A stretch of 64,000 bases of DNA from Promethearchaeota archaeon (GTDB taxonomy: Archaea > Asgardarchaeota > Lokiarchaeia > Sigyniarchaeales > SOKP01). Each line of letters starts with the position of its first letter. Positions within the stretch are counted from its first letter, which is position 1. The notes beneath the pieces were generated by a model that saw only the letters and a program-made list of their open reading frames with translations, was not told the DNA's origin and searched no databases. The stretch is taken from assembly GCA_029838195.1 (NCBI GenBank), contig JALGVJ010000011.1:32001-96000 (forward strand), read 5' to 3'. The position numbers and the translations under genes are program-made. Shown here piece by piece: positions 25,526-35,136 of this stretch.

Positions 25526-28500
25526 TGTAGTTAGAGGGTTATATTGTTTTAATTCTTTTTCTGAAAAAGGAAGGATTTCAGGAACATCAATAAGATCCGT
25601 GAGAAACATAAATTTTTTTATTCCCATGGAGATGAGTACTTGTTCGAAGGAGGAAATAAGATCTTTGAGGTCCGTGCCCATTGGAATCCAAAAAGAGATA
25701 AAAAACCCTTGGAAAAGCGTGAATTTTTGATCACCATAAACGTAAGACTTTCCTGAAATCTCTTTAATAAATCCAAAATTAAAATATTGAAAAATGGAGA
25801 TTAATAAATTCTTTTTATCCTTAGGAATGTTTAAAATAAGAAGGTGAATTTCTTCCGATAAATTTAAATTTTTCAAGTTCATGTAGGGATGAATCAATTT
25901 TTTTTTTAATAGAAGGGATAATGCGTCATGTTGTTCTTTCGAGCATTTATCTGGAGTAAAAATAAAAGAAGATAAGTCTTTAGGTGTTAATCCATGAACT
26001 TTTAATAGAGCAGAAAATTCTTCTGAATTTGGAGGATAAACATCATTAGAAGGGTATAATGAAAAAGCATGATGCTCGCGGTGTTCACGGTGCTTCTCTG
26101 TTAATATGAGGTTAGCGTGGGCTCGAAAATTTTCCGTATTAATCCTCCATTCTCCTGCGCTGAAATTATGATCGAAATTGAATATTTCGTGAATGACTTC
26201 AGTTTTGAAAAGAATGCATTCTTTTATGGCTTTTTTTGAAAATAACAACCACTTTAAATAGCTCAGATTGGGCAAGTCTTGGGGAAATAAATAGGAGATA
26301 AAAAACATTGCATCAGGACAATATTCCGCCGCTGAAATTTGAACGGTTTGAAAAGTATTGGATAATAATAATTTAAAATCAAGTGTTTCAGGAGAAGTGT
26401 CTATAACCCTAATATATAAATAATATTGTTCCAAGCTAAACGCTTTATAATTTGTGAAAAAAAGAAGGGATTGCAAGTGCGATTGTAATGTTTTTATTAA
26501 ATTTTCATAATGAAATGGTTTTTTTAAAATATCCTTTAGATTTTCTCTAATTATTCTTAATTCTCGAATTATATCCATTGATATTAAATGATACTTGTTT
26601 TCATTTTCTTTTTGAAGCTTTAAAACACACGCTTGTAATTTTTCATTATTTAATGCCATCAGATTGTCGTAAACGGAAGGGAAATGGGCTTGAAAATGGT
26701 TAATCTTGGGTAAAGAAGAGAGATTTGTAATATTGTTCGCTTTCAATAAATATTTGACGTATTTATTGAGTTCCTTGAATAAAGAAGCATCGTAAATGAA
26801 TTCTTTTTTACCAAAATCGTAGAAATTATGGCTTGTTTGAAAAGAAAAAAATCCATCTGAAATTCCACGATAATAAAATTTAATATCTTTTCCAAAATAA
26901 TTCAAAAAAAACAAAAACCATTCTTTTTTATTTGAAAGAACGGAAAGATAACCTCCAATTTGTTTTTCCTTATTATTTTTAAATATAGAAACAAGTAAAC
27001 GAGGGATTAATTTATTAAATTGAGTTAATTTCTGATTAAAAGAATTAAAATTATCAGGAGAGAGAATTGCATCAAATATATATTGACAAAAATGGCTTAC
27101 TGATAAGGTGTTAATAAAAAAAGGCGCTATTACTTTATTTTTAAGATATTTTTCATAGAGATGGGTGAGATATTTAATAGTAATTTTACCACTTAAATTT
27201 TCTTCTTGAATTTTTTTTAAATATATATTTTTCTGAATTAAAAATTTTTGAAATATAGGGGGTTTTCGGATATATTGAATCACGGTATTAACATCAAAGA
27301 CATTTAATGCTTCTAAGGATGTAATAAAATTGAATAATAAATCAATCTGTGATTTATCTTGAATATCCGATAAAAAAGGTAAGTTTTTTGAAATTAAAAA
27401 ATCCGTATTTTTTAAGCATGCTAATTCCATGATGATGTTTTTTTGTTTTTTTCCCTTTTTTTGAATCAAAGTTTCAAAAGAAGGGGATTCAGAAAAATCT
27501 TTTAATAAACATATTATTTCTTTTAAATGAAAAAAACCACCTTTAACTGATTTTAAAATGGAAAAAAAAAAGGAGCGAACATATTTATTATTTACAATGC
27601 CATCATGTCCCAATTTCAAATTCATAAGATTGCTCTTTAAACTACTTAAAGCTTCATTTAAATACTTTTGTAGCGTAATAATAGCATCTTTTATATAAGA
27701 TTGAAAAGAAAACCCCGAAGGCCCCCAATTATTTAATCGATTTAAAAAAGTATATTCTATTAAATTTAATGAGAGATCTGATTGGTTATTACGTTTAAAT
27801 TTTCTCTTCAAAATGAATCGATTTTCTATTAATTTCTCTTGAATTAATTTATTTAAGAATTCATGATAGTTCATTTTAAAATAGTTTAAATTCAAGCAGT
27901 TTTCTGTTTCAATGCTCTCTTTCAAAGAATAGGAGCAAATATTTAATTTATTTAATTGAATTAAAAATTGTTTTAAATCTCCTACAAATGTGGAGGGAAT
28001 TACGAAAAATCCCCAATATCGATTTTCTAAAGAATTTAACACTTGATAATTATATCCATAAAAGGGCATATGTTGTATAATTTTTTTAGGAATTGAATTT
28101 AGCAAGGAAGGATGGAATTGAAAAAAACAATAAAAGACCTTTATTCCAATTCTCGACCAATCGATAAAATAAGAAGGAGAAAGAGGAGAATATTGAATTA
28201 ATCTTAAGTTTTTACTAAATTTGCGTAAAGAAAGAGAAGTGTTAATTTTTCCTACGGATTTATATTCTTTAAATAAAGATTTATATTCTTCATTTGAGGT
28301 AAAAATTTTTTTATTGTAAAAAATTTGGGATAAAGCCCAAATAGTTTCGATTAACTCTTGATTCCCGTGCATGTTCTTAAAGAAATCCCGAATTTGATCC
28401 TTGAATATTAAATCATAAAATTGATCGTTAATGGCAGAAATTTTATCTCCATGAAGTTGAAAATACTGAAGTATAGCACGTTCATTAGAACTCACATCAT

Positions 28501-29074
28501 TGGATAATGGAACGTCTTGGAACCATTTGTGTAAAAATAAAGCGGAATATTCTCCTGAAAATAAAGACAATGCTTCTTGGTTCATGTATGCTGCATCCAA
28601 TTCGTTGAAAAAAGACTTGGGAAGAAATCTTAATTTTTTTAATTGAGCTATAGAAAGATGATATAGAGTTAAGGAAATTACCATTAAATGGGATAATTCT
28701 GGAGGTATGAAACAATAATAAATTTCTCGTATTAAGATAAAAGGTAAAAATGGAATCATGGTTTCTGGAATACGGATTTCATGAAGTTCCATTCCCTTTA
28801 AATCGTTTATAACTTTTCTGATAATTCCAAAATCCATTAAATTTAAATTTAAATTTAAACCATTTTCTTTCACATCTGGTGCATTAGAATTAGAAATAAA
28901 TACAAATTTAACATGATGGAAGGTTTTTAAAGGATCCAATTCTTTCTTTTTAATTTCTAAGATTTTATTAAAACTTTTTTCGAGAAAACAGCTATCTATT
29001 TCAGCAGCCTGCTCTTTTATTTTCTCCAAAATAAATTTTAGATCGTTTTCTAAATCTTTTACTTCATTAAGCAT
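25430..29074 (-). CDS. Large hypothetical protein with repeated wHTH/Lrp-AsnC-like segments
   Basis: 1214-aa ORF; repeated patterns IDWSRIGIKVFY, TNYKAFSLEQYY, MNLKNLNLSEEI like Lrp-family linkers; canonical promoter. Confidence 0.6.
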   Translation of the reverse strand: MLNEVKDLENDLKFILEKIKEQAAEIDSCFLEKSFNKILEIKKKELDPLKTFHHVKFVFISNSNAPDVKENGLNLNLNLMDFGIIRKVINDLKGMELHEIRIPETMIPFLPFILIREIYYCFIPPELSHLMVISLTLYHLSIAQLKKLRFLPKSFFNELDAAYMNQEALSLFSGEYSALFLHKWFQDVPLSNDVSSNERAILQYFQLHGDKISAINDQFYDLIFKDQIRDFFKNMHGNQELIETIWALSQIFYNKKIFTSNEEYKSLFKEYKSVGKINTSLSLRKFSKNLRLIQYSPLSPSYFIDWSRIGIKVFYCFFQFHPSLLNSIPKKIIQHMPFYGYNYQVLNSLENRYWGFFVIPSTFVGDLKQFLIQLNKLNICSYSLKESIETENCLNLNYFKMNYHEFLNKLIQEKLIENRFILKRKFKRNNQSDLSLNLIEYTFLNRLNNWGPSGFSFQSYIKDAIITLQKYLNEALSSLKSNLMNLKLGHDGIVNNKYVRSFFFSILKSVKGGFFHLKEIICLLKDFSESPSFETLIQKKGKKQKNIIMELACLKNTDFLISKNLPFLSDIQDKSQIDLLFNFITSLEALNVFDVNTVIQYIRKPPIFQKFLIQKNIYLKKIQEENLSGKITIKYLTHLYEKYLKNKVIAPFFINTLSVSHFCQYIFDAILSPDNFNSFNQKLTQFNKLIPRLLVSIFKNNKEKQIGGYLSVLSNKKEWFLFFLNYFGKDIKFYYRGISDGFFSFQTSHNFYDFGKKEFIYDASLFKELNKYVKYLLKANNITNLSSLPKINHFQAHFPSVYDNLMALNNEKLQACVLKLQKENENKYHLISMDIIRELRIIRENLKDILKKPFHYENLIKTLQSHLQSLLFFTNYKAFSLEQYYLYIRVIDTSPETLDFKLLLSNTFQTVQISAAEYCPDAMFFISYLFPQDLPNLSYLKWLLFSKKAIKECILFKTEVIHEIFNFDHNFSAGEWRINTENFRAHANLILTEKHREHREHHAFSLYPSNDVYPPNSEEFSALLKVHGLTPKDLSSFIFTPDKCSKEQHDALSLLLKKKLIHPYMNLKNLNLSEEIHLLILNIPKDKKNLLISIFQYFNFGFIKEISGKSYVYGDQKFTLFQGFFISFWIPMGTDLKDLISSFEQVLISMGIKKFMFLTDLIDVPEILPFSEKELKQYNPLTTLEWDSITNSYKNVKLFNEFFEKQYPSLTSQK

Positions 29075-29480
29075 GGTAAATTCTAATCTTTAAAAATTAT
29101 CTTGCCCGTTAATTCTTATATTAACCTTTATTAAAATGATTTATAAATGTTTTCTTCTATTATTTTTTCTATATTTTTTTTATTATATTTTCTATTTTCT
29201 TTTTATAAAAACTTCTTATAATTCTTCACGGTAACCAAAAGAATAAAATTTAAGCGCCATTTTGATTAGGAGATTTTTTAAATTTCAAAAAAGAGAGAAA
29301 GAAGAAAAAGATAAAAAATAATGAATTTCTTAATGAAGATCATATAAAAAATAGATTCCTTCTAATAACGGATAATTCGAAAGATTAAATAAAAATATAC
29401 TTGATAGAAACTCATTATTTTGATATATTGTTTTGTTATTCTATTTATGGAAAAAATTTTCTTTAAAATGGAACATCTAA

Positions 29481-29498
29481 TTTTTTTTCATTTAAATA
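29481..29498 (+). promoter_or_regulatory. T-tract/TATA promoter (T8-CA-TTTAAATA)
   Basis: Upstream of ATG 29565. Confidence 0.6.
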
Positions 29499-29564
29499 AT
29501 AAGAGTAAAAAAAAGATTCAATAAAGGAATAATGAAGAAAAAATAAAATAAAAAGGGAATTATC

Positions 29565-29786
29565 ATGATATTAGATTATTATTCTCGTGTTTTAGATGGT
29601 GTAGAATTTCTCATTGCCGTTGGCTCTCTCGTGGGCCTTTTTGGTGTTATCATTGGATTTATTTTATTCATTTTTGGTTCTACTAGATACCGTTTACGTA
29701 TTTTATTTTTTATTATTATTAGTTGTCTATTATTAATCGCATGTGGATGGGCCACTGGTTTACGTTATTTTCATATTCGAATATAA
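29565..29786 (+). CDS. 73-aa two-TM-helix membrane protein (paralog of 13431)
   Basis: EFLIAVGSLVGLFG...ACGWATGLRYF. Confidence 0.8.
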   Translation: MILDYYSRVLDGVEFLIAVGSLVGLFGVIIGFILFIFGSTRYRLRILFFIIISCLLLIACGWATGLRYFHIRI

Positions 29787-29861
29787 ATCAATTTTTTATT
29801 TATATAGATTTATCGTCTTAGTATTATAGATCTAAATTCATTAATAATTCTTCCTGAGTCC

Positions 29862-30161
29862 GTGGATAAGATGAGTATTAAATTAAAAAATACAAATAAA
29901 TCTACTAAAAAATCATCATTAAATGTTAAACATTCTTTCTCAGAAAAAAATAAAACAAGAAAAAACCAAGAGAAAATTTTTTTTTTAGACTTAACAATAA
30001 TTTTTGAAACTTGTCGCTATTATATTGAAGGGAAGAAAATAAAAGCATCTAATATTAAATATTTAATCCGATTACAAAATTCTCCTCGAAAAAAGAATCT
30101 GCCCCCTTTTTTTAATTATTTACTTCATGAATTTTTAAATAATAGAATAAAATCCAGATAA
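29862..30161 (+). CDS. Hypothetical basic protein (uncertain)
   Basis: ORF only. Confidence 0.3.
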   Translation: MDKMSIKLKNTNKSTKKSSLNVKHSFSEKNKTRKNQEKIFFLDLTIIFETCRYYIEGKKIKASNIKYLIRLQNSPRKKNLPPFFNYLLHEFLNNRIKSR

Positions 30162-30432
30162 TTCTTTTTTTAAAATTTGCTTAATTTGATTTTTAATTTC
30201 TTTTGGAGCATTACTAAATTCCGAGCCAATTGAAAAATCAATTATTTTCTTAAATTCTTCTCTTTTCTTTATTTTTTTAATTTTTTCTATATTCTTCTTT
30301 TTAATAGAAGAAGAATAGATAAGAATATATTGAGAAAAAGCAAAAATTTCCGCCTAATTGCAAGCTGACAAGAGTGTTTAAAAATGGGAACATTCAAATT
30401 GAATATACGCCTACTAAATTTGACCGAAAAAA

Positions 30433-30645
30433 GTGGAAAATGAACAAGTTCAGGAGTTATTGAACAAATTAATCAAAGAAACTTTAAAAGGACCAAAAGA
30501 ATGGACCATTCCGAGCTCGTCAGAAGAAGGTAAATATTATACAGTAAAAGTAGATGCTACCGGGAAATGGTCCTGCACATATCCTCAATTTATTTATCGT
30601 AAAAAAGAGTGCAAGCACATCGTGGCGTGTAAAAAAGAATATTAA
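30433..30645 (+). CDS. Stand-alone SWIM Zn-finger protein (second Cys replaced by Tyr)
   Basis: SSSEEGKYYTV...WSCTYPQFIYRKKECKHI, compared with the CxC-xn-CxH consensus. Confidence 0.7.
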   Translation: MENEQVQELLNKLIKETLKGPKEWTIPSSSEEGKYYTVKVDATGKWSCTYPQFIYRKKECKHIVACKKEY

Positions 30646-30679
30646 TTGTATTTATTATTTTTTTTATTACTCATGCTAA

Positions 30680-30850
30680 TTAAGCATGTATCACGGGCCT
30701 AATTAAGGGAGAACTTTTTTTTGATTTAAATTGTTTCGAGCATTTATGATCCATCTCTCGCTTTTTTCCACAATGATCGCCCCCTAATTTTTGACACGTG
30801 CGGCTTGTTTTTTCATAGTACGTGCAGGTAGCATTATATTTACATTTCAT
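30680..30850 (-). CDS. 56-aa Cys-rich protein not in the ORF track (MKCKYNATCTYYEKTSRTCQKLGGDHCGKKR...)
   Basis: ATG 30850 to TAA 30680; SD GAGGGT (30861-30866); T-tract promoter at 30935-30949. Confidence 0.65.
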   Translation of the reverse strand: MKCKYNATCTYYEKTSRTCQKLGGDHCGKKREMDHKCSKQFKSKKSSPLIRPVIHA

Positions 30851-30934
30851 TTATCTTAATACCCTCTTTTTTTTAATTCTATTTTAATCATTAATAATTG
30901 CAATATAAAATGCAATAGTAATTATTCATGAATT

Positions 30935-30949
30935 TATTTAAAGGAAAAA
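30935..30949 (-). promoter_or_regulatory. T-tract/TATA promoter (T5-CC-TTTAAATA)
   Basis: Faces the 56-aa Cys-rich ORF. Confidence 0.6.
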
Positions 30950-31179
30950 TTTTTTTAAAAACGTGCTCCGTGAAAGGATTTCTCAATACAATGAATTAAT
31001 CTTGCTTTTTTTCTTACTTTTTATTATTTTAGTTTAATAAAAAGCATAAATTAATAACAGGAAGGAAAAAAAAGGAGGGAGGAGATTGAAAAAGATGGAC
31101 TAAAAAAAATAATATTATTAAGATATGAAAATATTAATTTTAATTTTAAATTTTTAAAAATTTTGCGATGGAGAATTTC

Positions 31180-31193
31180 TTTTTATTTAAATA
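31180..31193 (+). promoter_or_regulatory. T-tract/TATA promoter (T5-A-TTTAAATA)
   Basis: Upstream of ATG 31258. Confidence 0.6.
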
Positions 31194-31257
31194 AACAAGA
31201 TGATAAATATATATAATCTAATTAAAAAATAATTAAATTTAAGAACTACAGGAAAAA

Positions 31258-31461
31258 ATGGAAGAAAACATGATTATTGATGATTGGATGGATTTTTCCA
31301 ATATTAAAAAAATGGACCGGAATACCTATGAAATCTCGGGAATAGTGTGGGAGAAAACGTGGACTGAGGACGAGGAATTTATTGATCAATTTGTTGAAAT
31401 TTTAGATCAATATAAAGGGAAAAAAATTAAGGTTAATATAAAGATAGAACTCCAATCCTAA
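31258..31461 (+). CDS. Small acidic hypothetical protein
   Basis: 67-aa ORF with promoter and AGGA upstream. Confidence 0.6.
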   Translation: MEENMIIDDWMDFSNIKKMDRNTYEISGIVWEKTWTEDEEFIDQFVEILDQYKGKKIKVNIKIELQS

Positions 31462-31556
31462 AATTGTTATTTCAAAGAGTTTTCTAAATTTTTACTATTA
31501 TTTGTTTTTTATATTTTTAATTCTTTCCACATTTTAAAGCTATTTTTAATTTTAAT

Positions 31557-31859
31557 TTAATCTAATTCTAGTTCACGAAAAATTTGTTTTTGATCAAAAG
31601 AGGGAGAAATTTTATAATATTTTTTAGAATAGGAAAATATACCTTCTCGAAAGAGAAATCCATGAGCTTCGAGAATATCTAATGTCTTCCAAAGGAAATA
31701 AAGATAGGAGCGCTCATTGGAAGGAATGTTAAAATAATACCACAATTTTTTCGTGTTAATGAAATTTTCGCCTTGTTCATGTAATAGGTTAATAGTTGAG
31801 ATAATTTTTTTCATTCGTGTCTTTTTAATGTTTTTAATTTTTTTTAATTGAGGTTCCAC
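31557..31859 (-). CDS. Probable winged-helix DNA-binding protein
   Basis: FINTKKL...FLWKTLDILEAHGFL...KYYKI; SD GAGGAG upstream. Confidence 0.55.
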   Translation of the reverse strand: MEPQLKKIKNIKKTRMKKIISTINLLHEQGENFINTKKLWYYFNIPSNERSYLYFLWKTLDILEAHGFLFREGIFSYSKKYYKISPSFDQKQIFRELELD

Positions 31860-31994
31860 TAAGCTTCTCCTCTTTTGGTGGAATTCTTGAGAAGATGAGA
31901 TACAAATTATCTATTATTTTAAAAAAGTTTGAAATGCGAGAAGAAATAATAAGAAATCTTTTTTTTAATCAATTTTGAATTTTTTCTTTCCTCA

Positions 31995-32009
31995 TTTTTT
32001 ATTTAAATA
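31995..32009 (+). promoter_or_regulatory. T-tract/TATA promoter (T6-A-TTTAAATA); 8-bp hairpin at the predicted 5' end (32037-32060)
   Basis: tctcgtga/tcacgaga inverted repeat just after the expected TSS. Confidence 0.6.
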
Positions 32010-32129
32010 GATTGGTTGAAAAAGGGTTCTTAATCGTCTCGTGACTAAGTTTTCACGAGATCTCATGATAATGAAGAAAATAACATGAAAAAATGAATAA
32101 AAAAATAAAACTTCGAGGGATAACTTTTT

Positions 32130-33365
32130 ATGACCTTACAAGTTAAATCCGTGTCAAGTTTTCGTTTTGATGAGTTATTTCATGACTATATTAATCAATT
32201 TCATGAAAATCTCTATCATGTCATTCCTGATGTGAAAAGTGGTTCTACATTACCATTACAATTAGTTAGGAACTCTCCCGTGAAAAAATATAATCCTATT
32301 ATTCAAGCAGCTTCTCCCGATCATGCTCAAGAAATCGTGAACATCTACAGAGATATTTACGGAAACACGTATCCGTATAAGGAAATGACGGACGTAGAAG
32401 AGGTCAGACGAATGTTGAAAAATAAGGATTATACCTTCATCTTATTTAAGGATAAAAATGATATCATAATGGGTTGCTTCACGTTCGTGTTTGATTTTGT
32501 CCATCGCCGAGCCTACATGCGGGGATATAACGTGAAACGGAAATATCAGAAGTATTTTGACGTGGTAAAAGGGTTCATTGGATCACTTCTTGCCATGATT
32601 CATGAGCATCAAGATCGAATATTGATGTGGTATGCGGAAAATCGAACGGCACATTCTGCCTCACAATATTTTTGTCAAGTAGCCGGCGTGAAAAACGTGG
32701 CGTTTCTTCCTAATAAAGATATTTTTTTAAATAAAATTGAATCTGACATGATGCACGTGGGTTATCACGAGACCATGCTAAAAACCTTGCGATCATCTCG
32801 CTTTTTTTGCATTCTTCCGGAAGTCGTGCCGTGTTTTACCTTCATTTCTCAACGATATTCCTTTCTTGCCCATTCAATTAATGTTGTAAACCCCGATTTA
32901 TTCCTAGATCACATCCGAGTTCATGAAAATGTTCATCGTATAACAAGATGCATGAAAATGGATGCGTTCGGACATGTGACGTTTACCTTTAAAATTAGGG
33001 GTTCTGACAGCTTTTTAAAAGGTTTGTATACCTCTACCATAAAAAACATGGAAAAAATTAAATATCACGCGGAGTCTTTGGAAGAATTATCCGCATTCTT
33101 AATCCATCTGCAACATTTAAGAGAATCTTTAGGCGTGCGATACGTGGAGTGCATGGTATCGGCTCGAGAACCATTGCATCAGCGGATATTTTTAAACCAC
33201 GGATTTTATCCCAGGGGATACATGCCCTCATGGGAATTTGATGAAGACGAAAAGAAATTTTACGATTGCATTCTATTTAATTGGTTCCTTCCTCCTCTTG
33301 CTCCCGATTTAAAACTGATAGATGAGGGGTGGATGTTATTACGCTATTTGAACTTTATTAATTGA
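32130..33365 (+). CDS. Tandem GNAT-fold acetyltransferase-like protein
   Basis: IVNIYRDIYGNTYPY, NVKRKYQ, ENRTAHSASQ, second GNAT with GFYPRGYMP. Confidence 0.7.
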   Translation: MTLQVKSVSSFRFDELFHDYINQFHENLYHVIPDVKSGSTLPLQLVRNSPVKKYNPIIQAASPDHAQEIVNIYRDIYGNTYPYKEMTDVEEVRRMLKNKDYTFILFKDKNDIIMGCFTFVFDFVHRRAYMRGYNVKRKYQKYFDVVKGFIGSLLAMIHEHQDRILMWYAENRTAHSASQYFCQVAGVKNVAFLPNKDIFLNKIESDMMHVGYHETMLKTLRSSRFFCILPEVVPCFTFISQRYSFLAHSINVVNPDLFLDHIRVHENVHRITRCMKMDAFGHVTFTFKIRGSDSFLKGLYTSTIKNMEKIKYHAESLEELSAFLIHLQHLRESLGVRYVECMVSAREPLHQRIFLNHGFYPRGYMPSWEFDEDEKKFYDCILFNWFLPPLAPDLKLIDEGWMLLRYLNFIN

Positions 33366-33853
33366 CATTACTCCAATGTTATTTTCATGAATTATTTAAC
33401 TTGATGCTTCGACTTCTTTTTTTTCAGTGAATCTTTTAGATTAATAATGGCTTTGGAAATAATTGGGTTTTTTGATGGTCTAAGAAGAGAGAGCCCAGAA
33501 AGAATGGATCTTACCTGCTAATAATCCCGGAAGGTCTTTCACGATGAACAAATTAGCATGCATCCAACAAGAAATCCAGGATTCATGTTGGCGGCATCGA
33601 GCATCCATTACATTCGGATGATAAGTTCACGCAATAAATCCTTAGTAAATGAATTCGCACCTTCCGAATATGTGCTTTCGAATGACGGATATTCTTAAGA
33701 AAAGCAAAGTAAGGCGTTATTTTAAAAGTTTGTCGCTAGGGGATTTTTGATTTTTTAATGAATTGATTTTAATCATTAATTCTGAGTTTAATACCATTTG
33801 TAGATCATTCTTAATCTTTTAAAGATTTCTTCTAGAATTCCAAGAAAGGAGTG

Positions 33854-34165
33854 TTAATTTCTTTGGGAATGAACGGGTGCCGGAAATCTTCCTTGTCGAT
33901 TTATGAAAGAATCACATGAAATTTTCTTCACTGGTATGACCACGAAACATCCTAATAATCCTCCGAATTCCACCACTTCCCCCGCTTCTTTACCAATAAC
34001 GAGTATAATTCTAATTTTCGTGGTTTTCCCGTTAATCATGCCAATGGCGGCTTCGTCCGCAATAATTCCAGCAATTTTGCTTGATGGTGTGGAGCTGAGG
34101 ATGCAAATCATATCGAGACCTACGGAACAGACGCTAGTCATGGCTTCTGATTTTTCGAGCGTGCC
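33854..34165 (-). pseudogene. C-terminal remnant of a UPF0210/DUF711 (PFL-like) gene
   Basis: [18 protein letters not shown]...[16 protein letters not shown]...VEFGGLLG...PAPVHS matches the family C-terminus; in-frame stop just upstream; most of the gene is missing. Confidence 0.8.
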
Positions 34166-34499
34166 TCTTAATCAATTCCTTTTTGACTTCTTTTTTCCGG
34201 CGTATAAGACTAATTTCGAGGGGAACATGCGGCGAGCAGTGAGCCAAGCACAGCTTCGTTCCCAACTCAAGATACTTTTTAGCTGAAATGAAGAGCCCGA
34301 AAATTAATAAAAAATGAAGAATATAATAAACTAACGTGTTATGGAGATATTACATGTCTTGGCATAATGATTTACGTGCTATTTTAAAAGAACGAAAATA
34401 TATTAAGTAAAGCTAAACAAAAAGAGAGAGTATTTCTAATTAAATAACTTGTTAATCTAAAATAAACTTAAATTAACTCAAATTATTTGAAATAATATC

Positions 34500-35033
34500 A
34501 TGACATTTGATTTTAAAAAAGAAATAAAAGGGATCATCTCTGTTATCGGAGCAAGTGAAGTAGATGAAAATATTGAGAAAAAAGCTTTACAAATGGGGCG
34601 TTTACTCGCTAAAAATGGTTTTGCTGTAGCGTGTGGGGGATTGTCTGGCGTCATGGAAGCTGTCTGCAAGGGTGCTAAAGAAGGAGGCGGTTTAACAATA
34701 GGAATCATTCCTTATAAGGATAAAAGTGCTGCCAATCCGTTTGTTGATATTGCTATTCCCGTTCCCTTCTCTCAAGCCAGAAACATTGTGGTAGTTCTAA
34801 CGGGAGATATTTGCGTGGCTATTGGAGGAAAAGCGGGCACATTAACGGAAATTGCCTTGGCATGGATATATGGGAAACCAATAATAGCTTTAACTAGCGT
34901 GGAAGGATGGTCCTCAAAAATAGCGGAGCAAAAAATTGATGACCGCCGTTCGGATAAAATTCATGGCGCTGAAACTCCGGAAGTCGTTATAAATAAAATT
35001 CATGAAATTTTAAAAAACCACACCATGAAATAA
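34500..35033 (+). CDS. LOG/SLOG Rossmann-fold protein (TIGR00725-like)
   Basis: CGGLSGVMEAVCKGAKE.GG.TIGI.P, ARN, GGKAGTLTEI. Confidence 0.88.
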   Translation: MTFDFKKEIKGIISVIGASEVDENIEKKALQMGRLLAKNGFAVACGGLSGVMEAVCKGAKEGGGLTIGIIPYKDKSAANPFVDIAIPVPFSQARNIVVVLTGDICVAIGGKAGTLTEIALAWIYGKPIIALTSVEGWSSKIAEQKIDDRRSDKIHGAETPEVVINKIHEILKNHTMK

Positions 35034-35136
35034 CATGCTTCACCTTTTTTAGAAAAAAAAAACCTAAATGTTTTTATTCTCTTCATCAGTGCACGAATTT
35101 AATAAATAAGGAACTATATTTGCTAAAAACTAAAAA

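Noticed and set aside
1-33400. Provirus or integrated plasmid
   Set aside because: No integrase, capsid, terminase, primase/MCM or transposase was recognised, and the content is cellular repair genes. Hallmarks left of the window cannot be excluded.
33903-34286. 127-aa plus-strand ORF
   Set aside because: Antisense shadow of the DUF711 remnant on the minus strand
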